Assembly: GCA_036556625.1 (NCBI GenBank) | Contig: DATBJC010000020.1 | Span: 14,587-78,586, forward strand | Reading direction: 5' to 3' | DNA length: 64,000 nt | From: Gemmatimonadales bacterium | GTDB lineage: Bacteria; Gemmatimonadota; Gemmatimonadetes; Gemmatimonadales; GWC2-71-9 | Part shown: piece after piece, positions 44,561-53,733 of the stretch | Layout of the letters: every line of letters begins with the position of its first letter | Numbering within the stretch: the stretch's first letter is position 1 | Position numbers and translations under genes: made by a program | Notes under the pieces: generated by a model | Told to the model about the DNA's origin: nothing | What the model saw: the letters and a program-made list of their open reading frames with translations, nothing else | The model's database searches: none

Positions 44561-46276
44561 ATGGCGACCGCTGCTGCCGGAAGTAACGGCGATCAGCTCG
44601 GTGAGGTGCTGCTGCGTGAAGGCCTCCTCACGCGTGAGCAGCTCATCGCGGCGAAAGCCGACCAGAAGACCAGCAAGCATCGCCTGGGCTACGTCCTGGC
44701 AAAGCTGGGCATGGTCCCCGAGCTGGAGATCACCAAGATCCTGGCCCGGCAGTACCGGATGCCCGCGGTGGACCTCTCCCGCTTCGAGGTGGATCCCCGA
44801 ATCCTCAAGCTGGTCCCTGCCGACATGGCCTCGAAGGGCGTGGTGCTCCCGCTCAAGCGGGAGGGGCGGACCCTCACCGTCGCCATGGCCGACCCCACCG
44901 ACCTCGGCCTGCTGGAAGATCTCAAGTTCATCACCCGGTTCGATCTCTTCCCGGTGCTGGCCGGGGAATTCACCTTGCGCTCCCTGATCGAAAAGCACTA
45001 TGCCAGCGATCAGCAGGAGCTGCAGACCCTCCTCAAGGACATGGAGGCCACCGGGGAAGACGTCGAGGTCGTCGAGGAGCAGGAAGAGGAGACGGTCACC
45101 CAGGCGCAGATCGAGGACGCCCCGGTCGTCAAGCTGATCAACGGGCTCCTGATCGATGCGGTCCGGCGGGGCGCCAGCGACATCCACATCGAGCCCTTCG
45201 AGCACGAGATTCGGGTGCGCTACCGAGTGGACGGCGCGCTGCTCGAGATCATGCGGCCGCCGCTCAAGATGAAGGCTGCGCTCACCTCTCGCGTCAAGAT
45301 TCTCTCCCAGCTCAATATCGCCGAGCGGCGCGTGCCGCAGGACGGCCGGCTCAAGCTGAAGATGGGGAACCGGGTCATCGACTTCCGCGTCTCCACCCTG
45401 CCGGTGCTGTTCGGCGAAAAGATCGTGCTCCGAATCCTCGACAAGGGCAACCTGACGCTCGACCTCACCAAGTTCGGCTTCGAGCCCAAGGCGGAAAAGG
45501 ATCTCATGAAGGCGATCCTGAACCCCTACGGCATGGTGCTGGTCACCGGGCCCACCGGTTCGGGCAAGACGACCACGCTGTACTCGGCGCTCTCCCGGGT
45601 CAACACGCCGGAAGTGAACATCATGACGGCGGAAGACCCGGTGGAGTACAACCTGATGGGCATCAATCAGGTGCTGATCCGGAACGAGATCGGGCTCACC
45701 TTCGCCGCGGCGCTCAAGGCGTTCCTGCGGCAGGACCCGAACATCATCATGATCGGCGAGATCCGCGATCTGGAAACCGGCGGCATCGCCATCAAGGCGG
45801 CGCTCACCGGCCACCTGGTGCTCTCCACCCTGCACACCAACGACGCGCCGAGCACCATCACCCGTATGATCGACATGGGCATCGAGGCGTTCAACGTGGC
45901 GAGCGCGGTGAACGTGGTGGTGGCCCAGCGGCTGGTGCGCCGAGTCTGCAAGGACTGCAAGACTTCGCACAAGTACACCGACGTGGAATTGCACTCCCTG
46001 GGCACAGAAATTGACATCCTCCGCGGCCTACCGTTCATGAAGGGCACGGGTTGCGACACCTGTAGTGGCACCGGCTACAAGGGCCGAGCGGGTCTCTACG
46101 AGGTCATGGCCCTGAGCCCGGAGCTGCGCCGGATGATCCTGCGGGGCGCCTCGGTCGCCGAGTTGCGAGACCAGGCGGTCTCCGAAGGGATGCTCACCCT
46201 GCGCATGGATGGCATGAAGAAGATCGAGCGCGGAACCACCACCCTCGAAGAAGTGGTCAAGGAGACAGCCGGATGA
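44561..46276 (+). CDS. pilB: Type IV pilus assembly ATPase PilB (GspE family)
   Basis: The N-terminal domain is MshEN-type 'LGEVLLREGLLTREQL'. It has Walker A 'GPTGSGKTTTL', Asp/His boxes and the tetracysteine 'CKDC...CDTC'. The true ATG is at 44561. Confidence 0.9.
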   Translation: MATAAAGSNGDQLGEVLLREGLLTREQLIAAKADQKTSKHRLGYVLAKLGMVPELEITKILARQYRMPAVDLSRFEVDPRILKLVPADMASKGVVLPLKREGRTLTVAMADPTDLGLLEDLKFITRFDLFPVLAGEFTLRSLIEKHYASDQQELQTLLKDMEATGEDVEVVEEQEEETVTQAQIEDAPVVKLINGLLIDAVRRGASDIHIEPFEHEIRVRYRVDGALLEIMRPPLKMKAALTSRVKILSQLNIAERRVPQDGRLKLKMGNRVIDFRVSTLPVLFGEKIVLRILDKGNLTLDLTKFGFEPKAEKDLMKAILNPYGMVLVTGPTGSGKTTTLYSALSRVNTPEVNIMTAEDPVEYNLMGINQVLIRNEIGLTFAAALKAFLRQDPNIIMIGEIRDLETGGIAIKAALTGHLVLSTLHTNDAPSTITRMIDMGIEAFNVASAVNVVVAQRLVRRVCKDCKTSHKYTDVELHSLGTEIDILRGLPFMKGTGCDTCSGTGYKGRAGLYEVMALSPELRRMILRGASVAELRDQAVSEGMLTLRMDGMKKIERGTTTLEEVVKETAG

Positions 46277-47415
46277 GCTTCAATCTGCGGGCGCTGCTGG
46301 AGGAGATGATCCAGAAAGAGGCCTCGGACCTGCACATCACCACGGGCGAGCGGCCTAAGTTGCGCATCGATGGAGACATCACCGACAGCGCGGTGACCGA
46401 GGTCCTCACCCCCAAGGACACGCTGCATCTGGCCTACTCGGTCCTGACCGAAAACCAGAAGAAGCGCTTCGAGACCGAGGACGAGCTCGACTTCTCCTTC
46501 GGGATTCAGAACTTGGCCCGGTTCCGCGGCAACGTGTACAAGCAGCGGGGCTGCGTGTCCATGGCAATCCGCATGATTCCTTTCAACGTGCGGACTTTCC
46601 AGGAACTTGGCCTGCCCCCGATCATGGCCAAGCTGGCCGAGCGTCCGCGGGGTCTGATCCTGGTCACCGGGCCCACCGGCTCAGGCAAGAGCACCACGCT
46701 GGCCGCAGTGATCGACAAGATCAACAAGGAGCGGAAGGGTCACATCATCACGGTGGAAGACCCGATCGAGTTCATTCACCGCCACCAGTCCTGCATCGTC
46801 AACCAGCGCGAGATCGGCACCGACACCAAGAGCTTCGCCACCGCGCTCAAGTATGCCCTGCGTGAGGACCCGGACGTGATCCTGGTGGGTGAGATGCGGG
46901 ACCTGGAGACCATCGCCGCGGCGCTCACCATCGCGGAGACCGGCCACCTGGCCCTCGCCACCCTGCACACCAATTCGGCGGCGGAATCGATCAACCGGAT
47001 CATCGACGTCTTCCCGTCCAACCAGCAGTCCCAGGTGCGGGCCCAGCTCGCCTTCGTGCTGGAGGGCGTGGTCACCCAGACGCTACTCCCCAAGTTGCGT
47101 GGCCGCGGCCGGGTCATGGCGTGCGAGATCATGGTCGCCACGCCGGCCATCCGGGCCCTCATCCGCGACGACAAGATCCACCAGATCTACTCTGCCATGC
47201 AGGCTGGCAAGAAGCACGGCATGCAGACGATGAACGACTCGCTCTACCAGCACTACACCAACAAGGAAGTGAGCCAGGAGGAGTGCGAGCGGGTGTCGCA
47301 CGACCCCAAGGAATTCCTTCGCATGATCGGGGTCACCCCGATGGAGGAGCAGGAGTTCGGCACCAACGGCGCCGCCTCCGAGAAGGGGCGGCCGTCAGGA
47401 GCGGTAAGGCGCTAG
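46273..47415 (+). CDS. pilT: Twitching-motility retraction ATPase PilT
   Basis: 'ASDLHITTGERPKLRIDG', Walker A 'GPTGSGKSTTL' and 'GHLALATLHTNSA' are present. There is an ATGA overlap with pilB. Confidence 0.92.
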   Translation: MSFNLRALLEEMIQKEASDLHITTGERPKLRIDGDITDSAVTEVLTPKDTLHLAYSVLTENQKKRFETEDELDFSFGIQNLARFRGNVYKQRGCVSMAIRMIPFNVRTFQELGLPPIMAKLAERPRGLILVTGPTGSGKSTTLAAVIDKINKERKGHIITVEDPIEFIHRHQSCIVNQREIGTDTKSFATALKYALREDPDVILVGEMRDLETIAAALTIAETGHLALATLHTNSAAESINRIIDVFPSNQQSQVRAQLAFVLEGVVTQTLLPKLRGRGRVMACEIMVATPAIRALIRDDKIHQIYSAMQAGKKHGMQTMNDSLYQHYTNKEVSQEECERVSHDPKEFLRMIGVTPMEEQEFGTNGAASEKGRPSGAVRR

Positions 47416-47488
47416 CCCGCCGCTCCGCACAGCACCGCCCGGCGGAGTGGAGCAGTGGGGTGGGTCCGTCTTTCTAGGAGATCACCGA

Positions 47489-48691
47489 ATGCCAATGTTC
47501 GAATACACCGCCCGGGCGCCGAGCGGCCAGATCCAGAAGGGCCAGCTCGACGTCGCGAGCAAGGACGATGTCAGCGCGTACCTGCGCAAGAACCGGCTGA
47601 TCCTGGTGAGCGTGCGCGAGCAGCCCAAGCAGATCAACATCAGCTTCGGCGCTCAGCGCATCAAGACCCGCGACATCGTCATCTTCACCCGGCAGTTCGC
47701 CACGATGATCAACGCGGGCCTGCCGCTGGTGCAGTCGCTGAACATCCTGGCCCAGCAGACCGAGAACAAGGCGCTCAGGGACGTCACCAAGGCGGTGGTC
47801 TACGACGTCGAGTCGGGCCACACCCTGGCCGACGCGTTCTCCAAGCACCCCAAGGCGTTCACCGATCTCTACGTCAACATGGTCGCCGCGGGTGAGGCGG
47901 GCGGTATCCTGGATACCATCCTGCTTCGGCTGGCCACCTTCCTGGAAAAGAACGACGCCCTGGTCCGCAAGGTGAAGGGCGCCATGGTCTATCCCGGCGT
48001 CATCATCACGGTGGCGGCCGTCGCCATCGCCGTGCTGCTGGTGTTCGTGATCCCGACCTTCGAGAGCATGTTCGCCTCCGCCGGCATGGAGCTGCCGCTG
48101 CCGACCCGGATTGTGATCGGGATGTCCAACCTGCTCATCTCCTACTGGTGGGCCGGGCTGCTGGGCATCGCCGCGGTTCTCTTCGCCATCCGGCAGTACT
48201 ACAACACCCCCGATGGCCGGAAGCAGATCGACGGGGCGCTGCTCCGGGCGCCGGTGCTGGGCGACCTGCTGCGCAAGTCGGCGGTGTCGCGCTTCACCCG
48301 GACGCTAGGCACCCTGGTGAGCTCGGGCGTATCCATCCTGGACGGCCTCGAGATCACCGCCAAGACCGCCGGCAACCGGGTCATTCACGACGCGGTGATG
48401 GAGTCGCGCCAGTCGATCGCCGGCGGTGAGACGATCGCGGCGCCGCTGGAGAAGTCGAAGGTGTTCCCGCCCATGGTGATCAGCATGATCGCCGTCGGCG
48501 AGCAGACCGGCGGCCTGGACGAGATGCTGTCCAAGATCGCGGACTTCTATGACGAGGAAGTGGACGTGGCGGTGAGCGCGCTGCTCTCGCTCATGGAGCC
48601 GGCGATGATCGTGATCCTGGGCGTGATCGTGGGCGGCATGGTGATCGCCATGTACCTGCCGATCTTCGATATGATGAACGCGGTGCAGTAG
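47489..48691 (+). CDS. pilC: Type IV pilus platform protein PilC (GspF family)
   Basis: It has two GspF repeats (FTRQFATMINAGLPL... and FTRTLGTLVSSGVSI...). The ATG at 47489 is preceded by AGGAG. Confidence 0.9.
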   Translation: MPMFEYTARAPSGQIQKGQLDVASKDDVSAYLRKNRLILVSVREQPKQINISFGAQRIKTRDIVIFTRQFATMINAGLPLVQSLNILAQQTENKALRDVTKAVVYDVESGHTLADAFSKHPKAFTDLYVNMVAAGEAGGILDTILLRLATFLEKNDALVRKVKGAMVYPGVIITVAAVAIAVLLVFVIPTFESMFASAGMELPLPTRIVIGMSNLLISYWWAGLLGIAAVLFAIRQYYNTPDGRKQIDGALLRAPVLGDLLRKSAVSRFTRTLGTLVSSGVSILDGLEITAKTAGNRVIHDAVMESRQSIAGGETIAAPLEKSKVFPPMVISMIAVGEQTGGLDEMLSKIADFYDEEVDVAVSALLSLMEPAMIVILGVIVGGMVIAMYLPIFDMMNAVQ

Positions 48692-48720
48692 ACCAAGTCG
48701 ACCTACCGGGACGCAGGGCA

Positions 48721-48750
48721 ACCAGGGCGGATCTCAGGATCCGCCCTGGT
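48721..48750. terminator. Bidirectional intrinsic terminator
   Basis: ACCAGGGCGGATC-TCAG-GATCCGCCCTGGT forms a perfect 13-bp stem, followed by CGTTTC. It lies between convergent pilC and DUF2277. Confidence 0.7.
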
Positions 48751-48754
48751 CGTT

Positions 48755-49024
48755 TCAGGTCCCGAACCGCTTCTGCGACCGCTCTCGCGCCTTCTGGGCC
48801 TCCTCCTCGCGATTCCGCGGCGCGGACCTGACTTCCAGCGAGTCGATCAGGCGCCGGGCGGCCGCGCTCACCTCGTCCACCGCCTGGTTGAACACCGCTT
48901 CGTTGGCCCGCGAGGGATGGGTGGATCCGCTCAGCTTCCGGACGAACTGCAGCGCCGAAGCCCGGATCTCATCCTCCGTGGCCGGAGGCTCGAAGTTGGC
49001 AAGGGTCTTGATGTTACGGCACAT
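48755..49024 (-). CDS. DUF2277-family small protein
   Basis: 'MCRNIKTLANFEPPATEDEIRASALQFVRKLSG' is the strongly conserved DUF2277 N-terminus. The protein is 89 aa. The long upstream track extension is spurious. Confidence 0.8.
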   Translation of the reverse strand: MCRNIKTLANFEPPATEDEIRASALQFVRKLSGSTHPSRANEAVFNQAVDEVSAAARRLIDSLEVRSAPRNREEEAQKARERSQKRFGT

Positions 49025-49183
49025 GGCTGCGGCTCCTGCTGTGGGGATCAGATCGGTTCGCCGGCTGGTTGACCGGCTGGGGAAACTAACCCTGCCCCCG
49101 GCGCCTTCAACCGGTGACCGGTCTCTCGGCAGGGCGTGGGCAGCCAGGCGATACTGCAGGCAGGCGCCGGCCGGTGAGGCTCG

Positions 49184-50402
49184 ATGCAGGTCTTCGGAAG
49201 CCACGACGAAAACACCCGGGCCCAGTTGGCCCAGGTCGCGCAGCGGGCGCGCAAGGTCGCGCTCATGGCCGACGGGCACGTCGGCTACGTCATGCCCATC
49301 GGCGGAGTGGCGGCCTACGAGAATGCCGTCTCCGTGGTGGGGGTCGGTTTCGACATCGCCTGCGGCAATGCGGCCATCCGCACCGACGCGACTCTCGATG
49401 ATCTCGGCCCCACCCCCGCGCGGGCCCGGCAGCGGCTCGGGCAGCTGGCGGACCGGATCGCCGAAACGGTCAGCTTCGGCATCGGCAGAAAAAACCAGGC
49501 CGACGACGCGCCGATGGACCATCCGCTGTTCGGCGATCCGGCCTGGCAGGCAGTGCCCCCTCGGCACCGGCAGACCCTCCACACCAAGGCCCGCCAGCAG
49601 CTGGGCACCGTCGGGAGCGGCAACCATTACGTGGACCTCTTCGCCGACGAGACCGGCACGCTCTGGGTCGGCGTGCACTTCGGAAGCCGCGGCTTCGGCC
49701 ACACGGTCGCGACCAACTTTCTGGCGCTCGGGCAGGGCAAGTCCTGGGGCGAGCGCGCGCCCGAAGCCGAAGTGCTGCTGTCCCTCGATCGGCCGGCGGG
49801 TCAGGACTACTGGGAGCTGATGAATCTCGCCGGGCGCTACGCCTACGCCGGCCGCGAGTGGGTGGCCCGGAAGGTCGTCTCCCTGCTCGGCGCCCGTGAG
49901 GTGGAGCTGGTCCACAACCACCACAACTTCGCCTGGAGGGAGCGCCACGAGGCAGGACCTGATCGTGGTGCGCAAGGGAGCCACACCGGCCTTTCCCGGC
50001 CAGAAGGGGTTCGTCGGCGGCTCGATGGGCGACGATGCGGTGATCGTGCAGGGCACGGCCTCCACTTCCCCGGAGACCCAGGCGCTCCAGCGTGCCGCAC
50101 TGTACTCGACGGTCCACGGCGCCGGGCGGGTCATGTCCCGGACTCAGGCGGCGGGAAAGCGCAACCGCCGCACCGGCCGGGTGATCTCGCCCGGGCGGGT
50201 GACGCCCGAGATGATGCACGCCTGGATTCGCCAGAAGGGAGTGATCCTGAGAGGCGGAGGGCTGGACGAGAGTCCGCAGGTGTACCGCCGGCTGCCTGAG
50301 GTCCTTGCGGCGCAGGGCAGCACCATCGAAGTGCTCCATACCCTGCGCCCGTTGATCGTGGTGATGGCCGGCGCCGACGAGTTCGATCCCTACAAGGATT
50401 GA
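49184..50402 (+). pseudogene. rtcB: RNA-splicing ligase RtcB, reading frame interrupted near 49,950
   Basis: Frame A (49184 onward) gives 'ALMADGHVGYVMPIGGV...GSGNHYVDL...HNHHNFAWRERHE'. Frame B continues 'DLIVVRKGATPAFPGQKGFVGGSMG...HGAGRVMSR'. Together they make one complete RtcB only if a 1-nt shift is introduced. Confidence 0.75.
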
Positions 50403-50417
50403 ATGCCGGATGGCAGC

Positions 50418-51005
50418 TCAGCGGCGGAGATATTCCGCGATTCCCCGCATGAGCATCTCCACCGCCACGATCACTAGCAGCATGCCCATCAGCCGCTCCA
50501 CCGCGGTGAGTCCGCGGTCTCCCAGCAGCTTCCGCAGGTTACTCGAGAAGTAGAGGATGACGGCCGACGCCAGCCAGGCGAGGACCACCGCGCCGAGCCA
50601 CACCGGCCAGCGGTGAGGCTCCCCGCTCATGAACAGCAGCTCGGTCGCCAGCATGGAGGGGCCCGCGGTGTAGGGGACGGCCAGCGGCACCACGAACGGC
50701 TCCTCCTGCACCTCCTCCCGCAGCGACCGCTCCCTGGTGGGAAAGATCATGCGCAGGGCGATCAGCAGCAGGATGACTCCGCCGCCCGTTGTGAGCGCGG
50801 CCGGCGAGACGTGGAGCAGCTCGAGCAGGTAGCGGCCCGCGAAGAGGAAGACGACCAGAATGACCAGCGCGATGAGCAGCTCGCGCAGGATGACTACACG
50901 GTAGCGCGCAGGGTCCACGTGCCGGAGCGCGGAGAGGAACAGCGGCACGTTGCCCAAGGGGTCCATGACGAAGAACAGGAGAACGGCGGCCGAGAGGAGA
51001 CTCAT
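50418..51005 (-). CDS. MarC-family (UPF0056) integral membrane protein
   Basis: 195 aa, six TM segments, with the 'FFVMDPLGNVPLF' signature. Confidence 0.85.
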   Translation of the reverse strand: MSLLSAAVLLFFVMDPLGNVPLFLSALRHVDPARYRVVILRELLIALVILVVFLFAGRYLLELLHVSPAALTTGGGVILLLIALRMIFPTRERSLREEVQEEPFVVPLAVPYTAGPSMLATELLFMSGEPHRWPVWLGAVVLAWLASAVILYFSSNLRKLLGDRGLTAVERLMGMLLVIVAVEMLMRGIAEYLRR

Positions 51006-51236
51006 CGCCTCTAGGCTAGGGCGGACCAACCGGTTGGGCAAGCAGACGGGGCGATGTCGATTTCGGCGGTGCTCGATCGTCGAGCATACAGAGTCCGAGC
51101 TGTGCGCCGCGATTCCTCGCGGCGGCCGGCTTTCAACCCAAAGGGAGAAGGGATCTGGCTCCGTCGCGGAGGGATGCTGCCTCCGGCAGCCGCGCGCAGC
51201 CGGCCCAGCGGTAGGGCCGGCCGCCGAGCCTTTGAG

Positions 51237-51270
51237 ACGAGCAGCCTTGCGGATTCGCGAGGCTGCTCGT
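51237..51270 (+). promoter_or_regulatory. Terminator-like hairpin in the leader of the M24 peptidase gene
   Basis: ACGAGCAGCCT (51237-51247) and AGGCTGCTCGT (51260-51270) form a perfect 11-bp stem. TCGTTTCGCACTT follows, 30 nt before the ATG at 51302. Confidence 0.35.
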
Positions 51271-51301
51271 TCGTTTCGCACTTCGATTGCCCCGAGGCTC
51301 C

Positions 51302-52486
51302 ATGCTTCAGTCCGACGCCTTGCCCCGGCTCCATGCCGCCCTCGCCGCGCTCGCCCACCCGGTGGACGGCTGGCTGCTGTTCGACTTCCGCGGGCTCAAT
51401 CCGATCATGGCGGCGGTGGTCGGCCAGGAGATCGTGGGCTCGCGCCGGGCCTACGTCTACATCCCGCGCAACGGACCACCCATCGCGCTGGTGCACGCGG
51501 TGGATGCGGAGCTGTGGCGCGAGTGGCCGGCGGTCTGGCGCCGGATCGTGTGGGTGCGGCGGGAGGAGCTCGCCCGCGAGCTCGGGTCCCTGGTAGGCGG
51601 TAAGACGGTGGCGATGGAATACTCGCCGGGCGGGGCCGTCCCTTACGGTGATTACGTGCCGGCCGGCACCCTCGAGCTGGTTCGGGCTTCCGGTGCCAGT
51701 CCGGTCTCGTCGGCGGAGCTGGTGTCCCGCTACTGCTCGGTCTGGTCCCCGGAGGATCTGGCCGGGCATCTCCGGGCGGCGGCCGTCATCTCGGAGATCG
51801 CCCGGGCGTCCATCAACCGGATCGGGGAACGGGCCCGCGCCGGCGATCCGGCCGACGAGCACGAGGTGACCCGCTGGGTGTTGGAGGCGTTCGATCGCGC
51901 CGGCCTGGAGACCGAGTCAGCTCCCAGCGTGTCCTACGGCGAGCATGCCGCACGCCCGCACTACGAGGCCCCGCCCGAAGGCTCCTCGCCCATCGTGCCG
52001 GGCGCGCTTCTCCTGTTCGACCTGTGGGCCCGGGAACCCGGCGGCATCTATGCGGACCAGACCTGGATGGCGGCAATCGGACCACCGTCCGCTCGCGCGA
52101 CGGAGCTATGGACCGTCGTCCGGCGGGCTCGCGACGCGGCGCTGGACCTGTTGCAGACCCGGCTCCGCGCCAAAGAGCCGGTGGCCGGCGCCGAGGCCGA
52201 CCGGGCGGCGCGCGGCGTGATCGAGGCCGCGGGGTACGGCGACCGGGTCGTGTGTCGCACCGGTCACTCGATCGATCGGGTGGGATTGCACGGCTACGGG
52301 CCGACCATCGACGACACCGAGAGCTTCGACACCCGCCGCATCCTCCCCGGGGTCGGCTTCTCGGTCGAGCCAGGGATCTACATCCCCGGCGAGATCGGAC
52401 TTCGGACCGAGGTCAACGCCCACGCCCGCGAGGACGGTCTCGATGTCACCCCATCCGACTACCAGCGGGACCTGATCGTGGTGTAG
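51302..52486 (+). CDS. M24-family metallopeptidase (Xaa-Pro aminopeptidase-like)
   Basis: The C-terminal pita-bread blocks are 'LLFDLWA...YADQT', 'GHSIDRVGLHG' and 'GFSVEPGIYIPGEIGLRTE'. A TTG at 51287 is an alternative start. Confidence 0.8.
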   Translation: MLQSDALPRLHAALAALAHPVDGWLLFDFRGLNPIMAAVVGQEIVGSRRAYVYIPRNGPPIALVHAVDAELWREWPAVWRRIVWVRREELARELGSLVGGKTVAMEYSPGGAVPYGDYVPAGTLELVRASGASPVSSAELVSRYCSVWSPEDLAGHLRAAAVISEIARASINRIGERARAGDPADEHEVTRWVLEAFDRAGLETESAPSVSYGEHAARPHYEAPPEGSSPIVPGALLLFDLWAREPGGIYADQTWMAAIGPPSARATELWTVVRRARDAALDLLQTRLRAKEPVAGAEADRAARGVIEAAGYGDRVVCRTGHSIDRVGLHGYGPTIDDTESFDTRRILPGVGFSVEPGIYIPGEIGLRTEVNAHAREDGLDVTPSDYQRDLIVV

Positions 52487-52489
52487 CCG

Positions 52490-52906
52490 CTAGAATCGCG
52501 AGCAGGTCGCCACCCGCTCCCTCAGCACCGCCTCCTGCGCGAAGCGTTGCTTGTATTCGCCGACGACCTCTATCACCAGGCCATCGGAGACCGAGTCGCC
52601 GGCGTGCAGCAGAGTGAGCACCTTCGATCGCTCACGCTCCACCTGCCCGCTCGCGCCGCGCCATTGTCCCGCGGCGTCCCAGATGGTGAGCCCGGCCGGG
52701 AACCGGGGTGTGAGCACCTGGTCCACGAATTGTTGCCACGCGCTGTCGCTGAGCTCGTGTCCGCCGGGCGTATTCCGTCCGAAGTACAACACGTCCCGGA
52801 CCAGCGCGGTATCACCCGCCGCGCAGTGCGCGACGGCGCTGGCTCCGGCGGGGCGGGAGCAGGCGGCGACGGCCAGCAGAAAAGCGTAGAGGGCGAGAGT
52901 GCGCAC
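52490..52906 (-). CDS. DUF3574-family lipoprotein
   Basis: 'FLLAVAACS' is the lipobox. 'VLYFGRNTPGG..VSD..WQQFVDQVLTPRFPAGLTIWDAAGQW' follows the DUF3574 pattern. GTG start at 52906. Confidence 0.6.
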   Translation of the reverse strand: MRTLALYAFLLAVAACSRPAGASAVAHCAAGDTALVRDVLYFGRNTPGGHELSDSAWQQFVDQVLTPRFPAGLTIWDAAGQWRGASGQVERERSKVLTLLHAGDSVSDGLVIEVVGEYKQRFAQEAVLRERVATCSRF

Positions 52907-52989
52907 CGGGTTCCTCGGTCGGGGTTTGCCAAGGAAAGCGCAGAAGGGAGCGGAATCCGGACAAGGAGGATTCTCGAGTACCAACGACC

Positions 52990-53005
52990 TCATCCCGAGC
53001 GCAGC
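52990..53005. repeat. Partial copy of the REP-like unit
   Basis: TCATCCCGAGCGCAGC is identical over 16 nt to 2468-2483. It sits immediately past the PRTase stop codon. Confidence 0.45.
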
Positions 53006-53661
53006 TAGCCTCGCTGCCGAGCTCCACGAGCCAGCAGCTCGCGCACTTCGTCATCCGTGGTCTGGGAGAAGTCCTCGTACCAGAGCCCAACCGCATGAAA
53101 TGGATCTGGAGTGACCGGGCACACCACCTCGTCCGCTTCCTCCCGCAGAAACTCGCAGGTCTCTGGTGCGGCCACCGGTGCGGCGATGAGAATGCGTTGC
53201 GGCCGCTGCTGGCGGACCGCCCTCGCGGCCGCCAGCATCGTGGATCCCGTGGCGAGACCGTCGTCCACCAGGATCACCGTCCTCCCACGCAGATCCGGCG
53301 GAGGTCGATCGCCGCGGTACAGCGACGCCTGTCGCTCCAGCTCGTCCAGCTCCTCCGCGGCCACCAGGTCGATGACCGACCGCGGAATGCTCAGGTGCTG
53401 CACCACCTGTTCGTTGAGCACCCGCACGCCCCCGGTGGCGACCGCGCCCATGGCCAGCTCCTCGCGTCCGGGCACCCCCAGCTTGCGGACCAGGAACACG
53501 TCGAGGGGTGCGTGCAGCGCCCGGGCCACCTGGTATCCCACCGGTACTCCGCCGCGCGGCAGCGCCAGCACCAGCACCTCGGGCCGATGCGCATACTCGC
53601 GGAGCTCGCCCGCCAGCACCTCGCCCGCGTCGGCGCGATTGCGGTAGAGTCGTGAGATCAT
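53005..53661 (-). CDS. Phosphoribosyltransferase-family protein
   Basis: It has the PRPP-binding loop 'VILVDDGLATGSTM' and an N-terminal 'LALPRGGVPVG'. Confidence 0.8.
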   Translation of the reverse strand: MISRLYRNRADAGEVLAGELREYAHRPEVLVLALPRGGVPVGYQVARALHAPLDVFLVRKLGVPGREELAMGAVATGGVRVLNEQVVQHLSIPRSVIDLVAAEELDELERQASLYRGDRPPPDLRGRTVILVDDGLATGSTMLAAARAVRQQRPQRILIAAPVAAPETCEFLREEADEVVCPVTPDPFHAVGLWYEDFSQTTDDEVRELLARGARQRG

Positions 53662-53733
53662 CGATCCCTCCGCTGTATCCTCGTCGCCCGGCAGCCCGGC
53701 GGCGGTGACGCGGCTCCCGGGTGGAGGCGCGGG

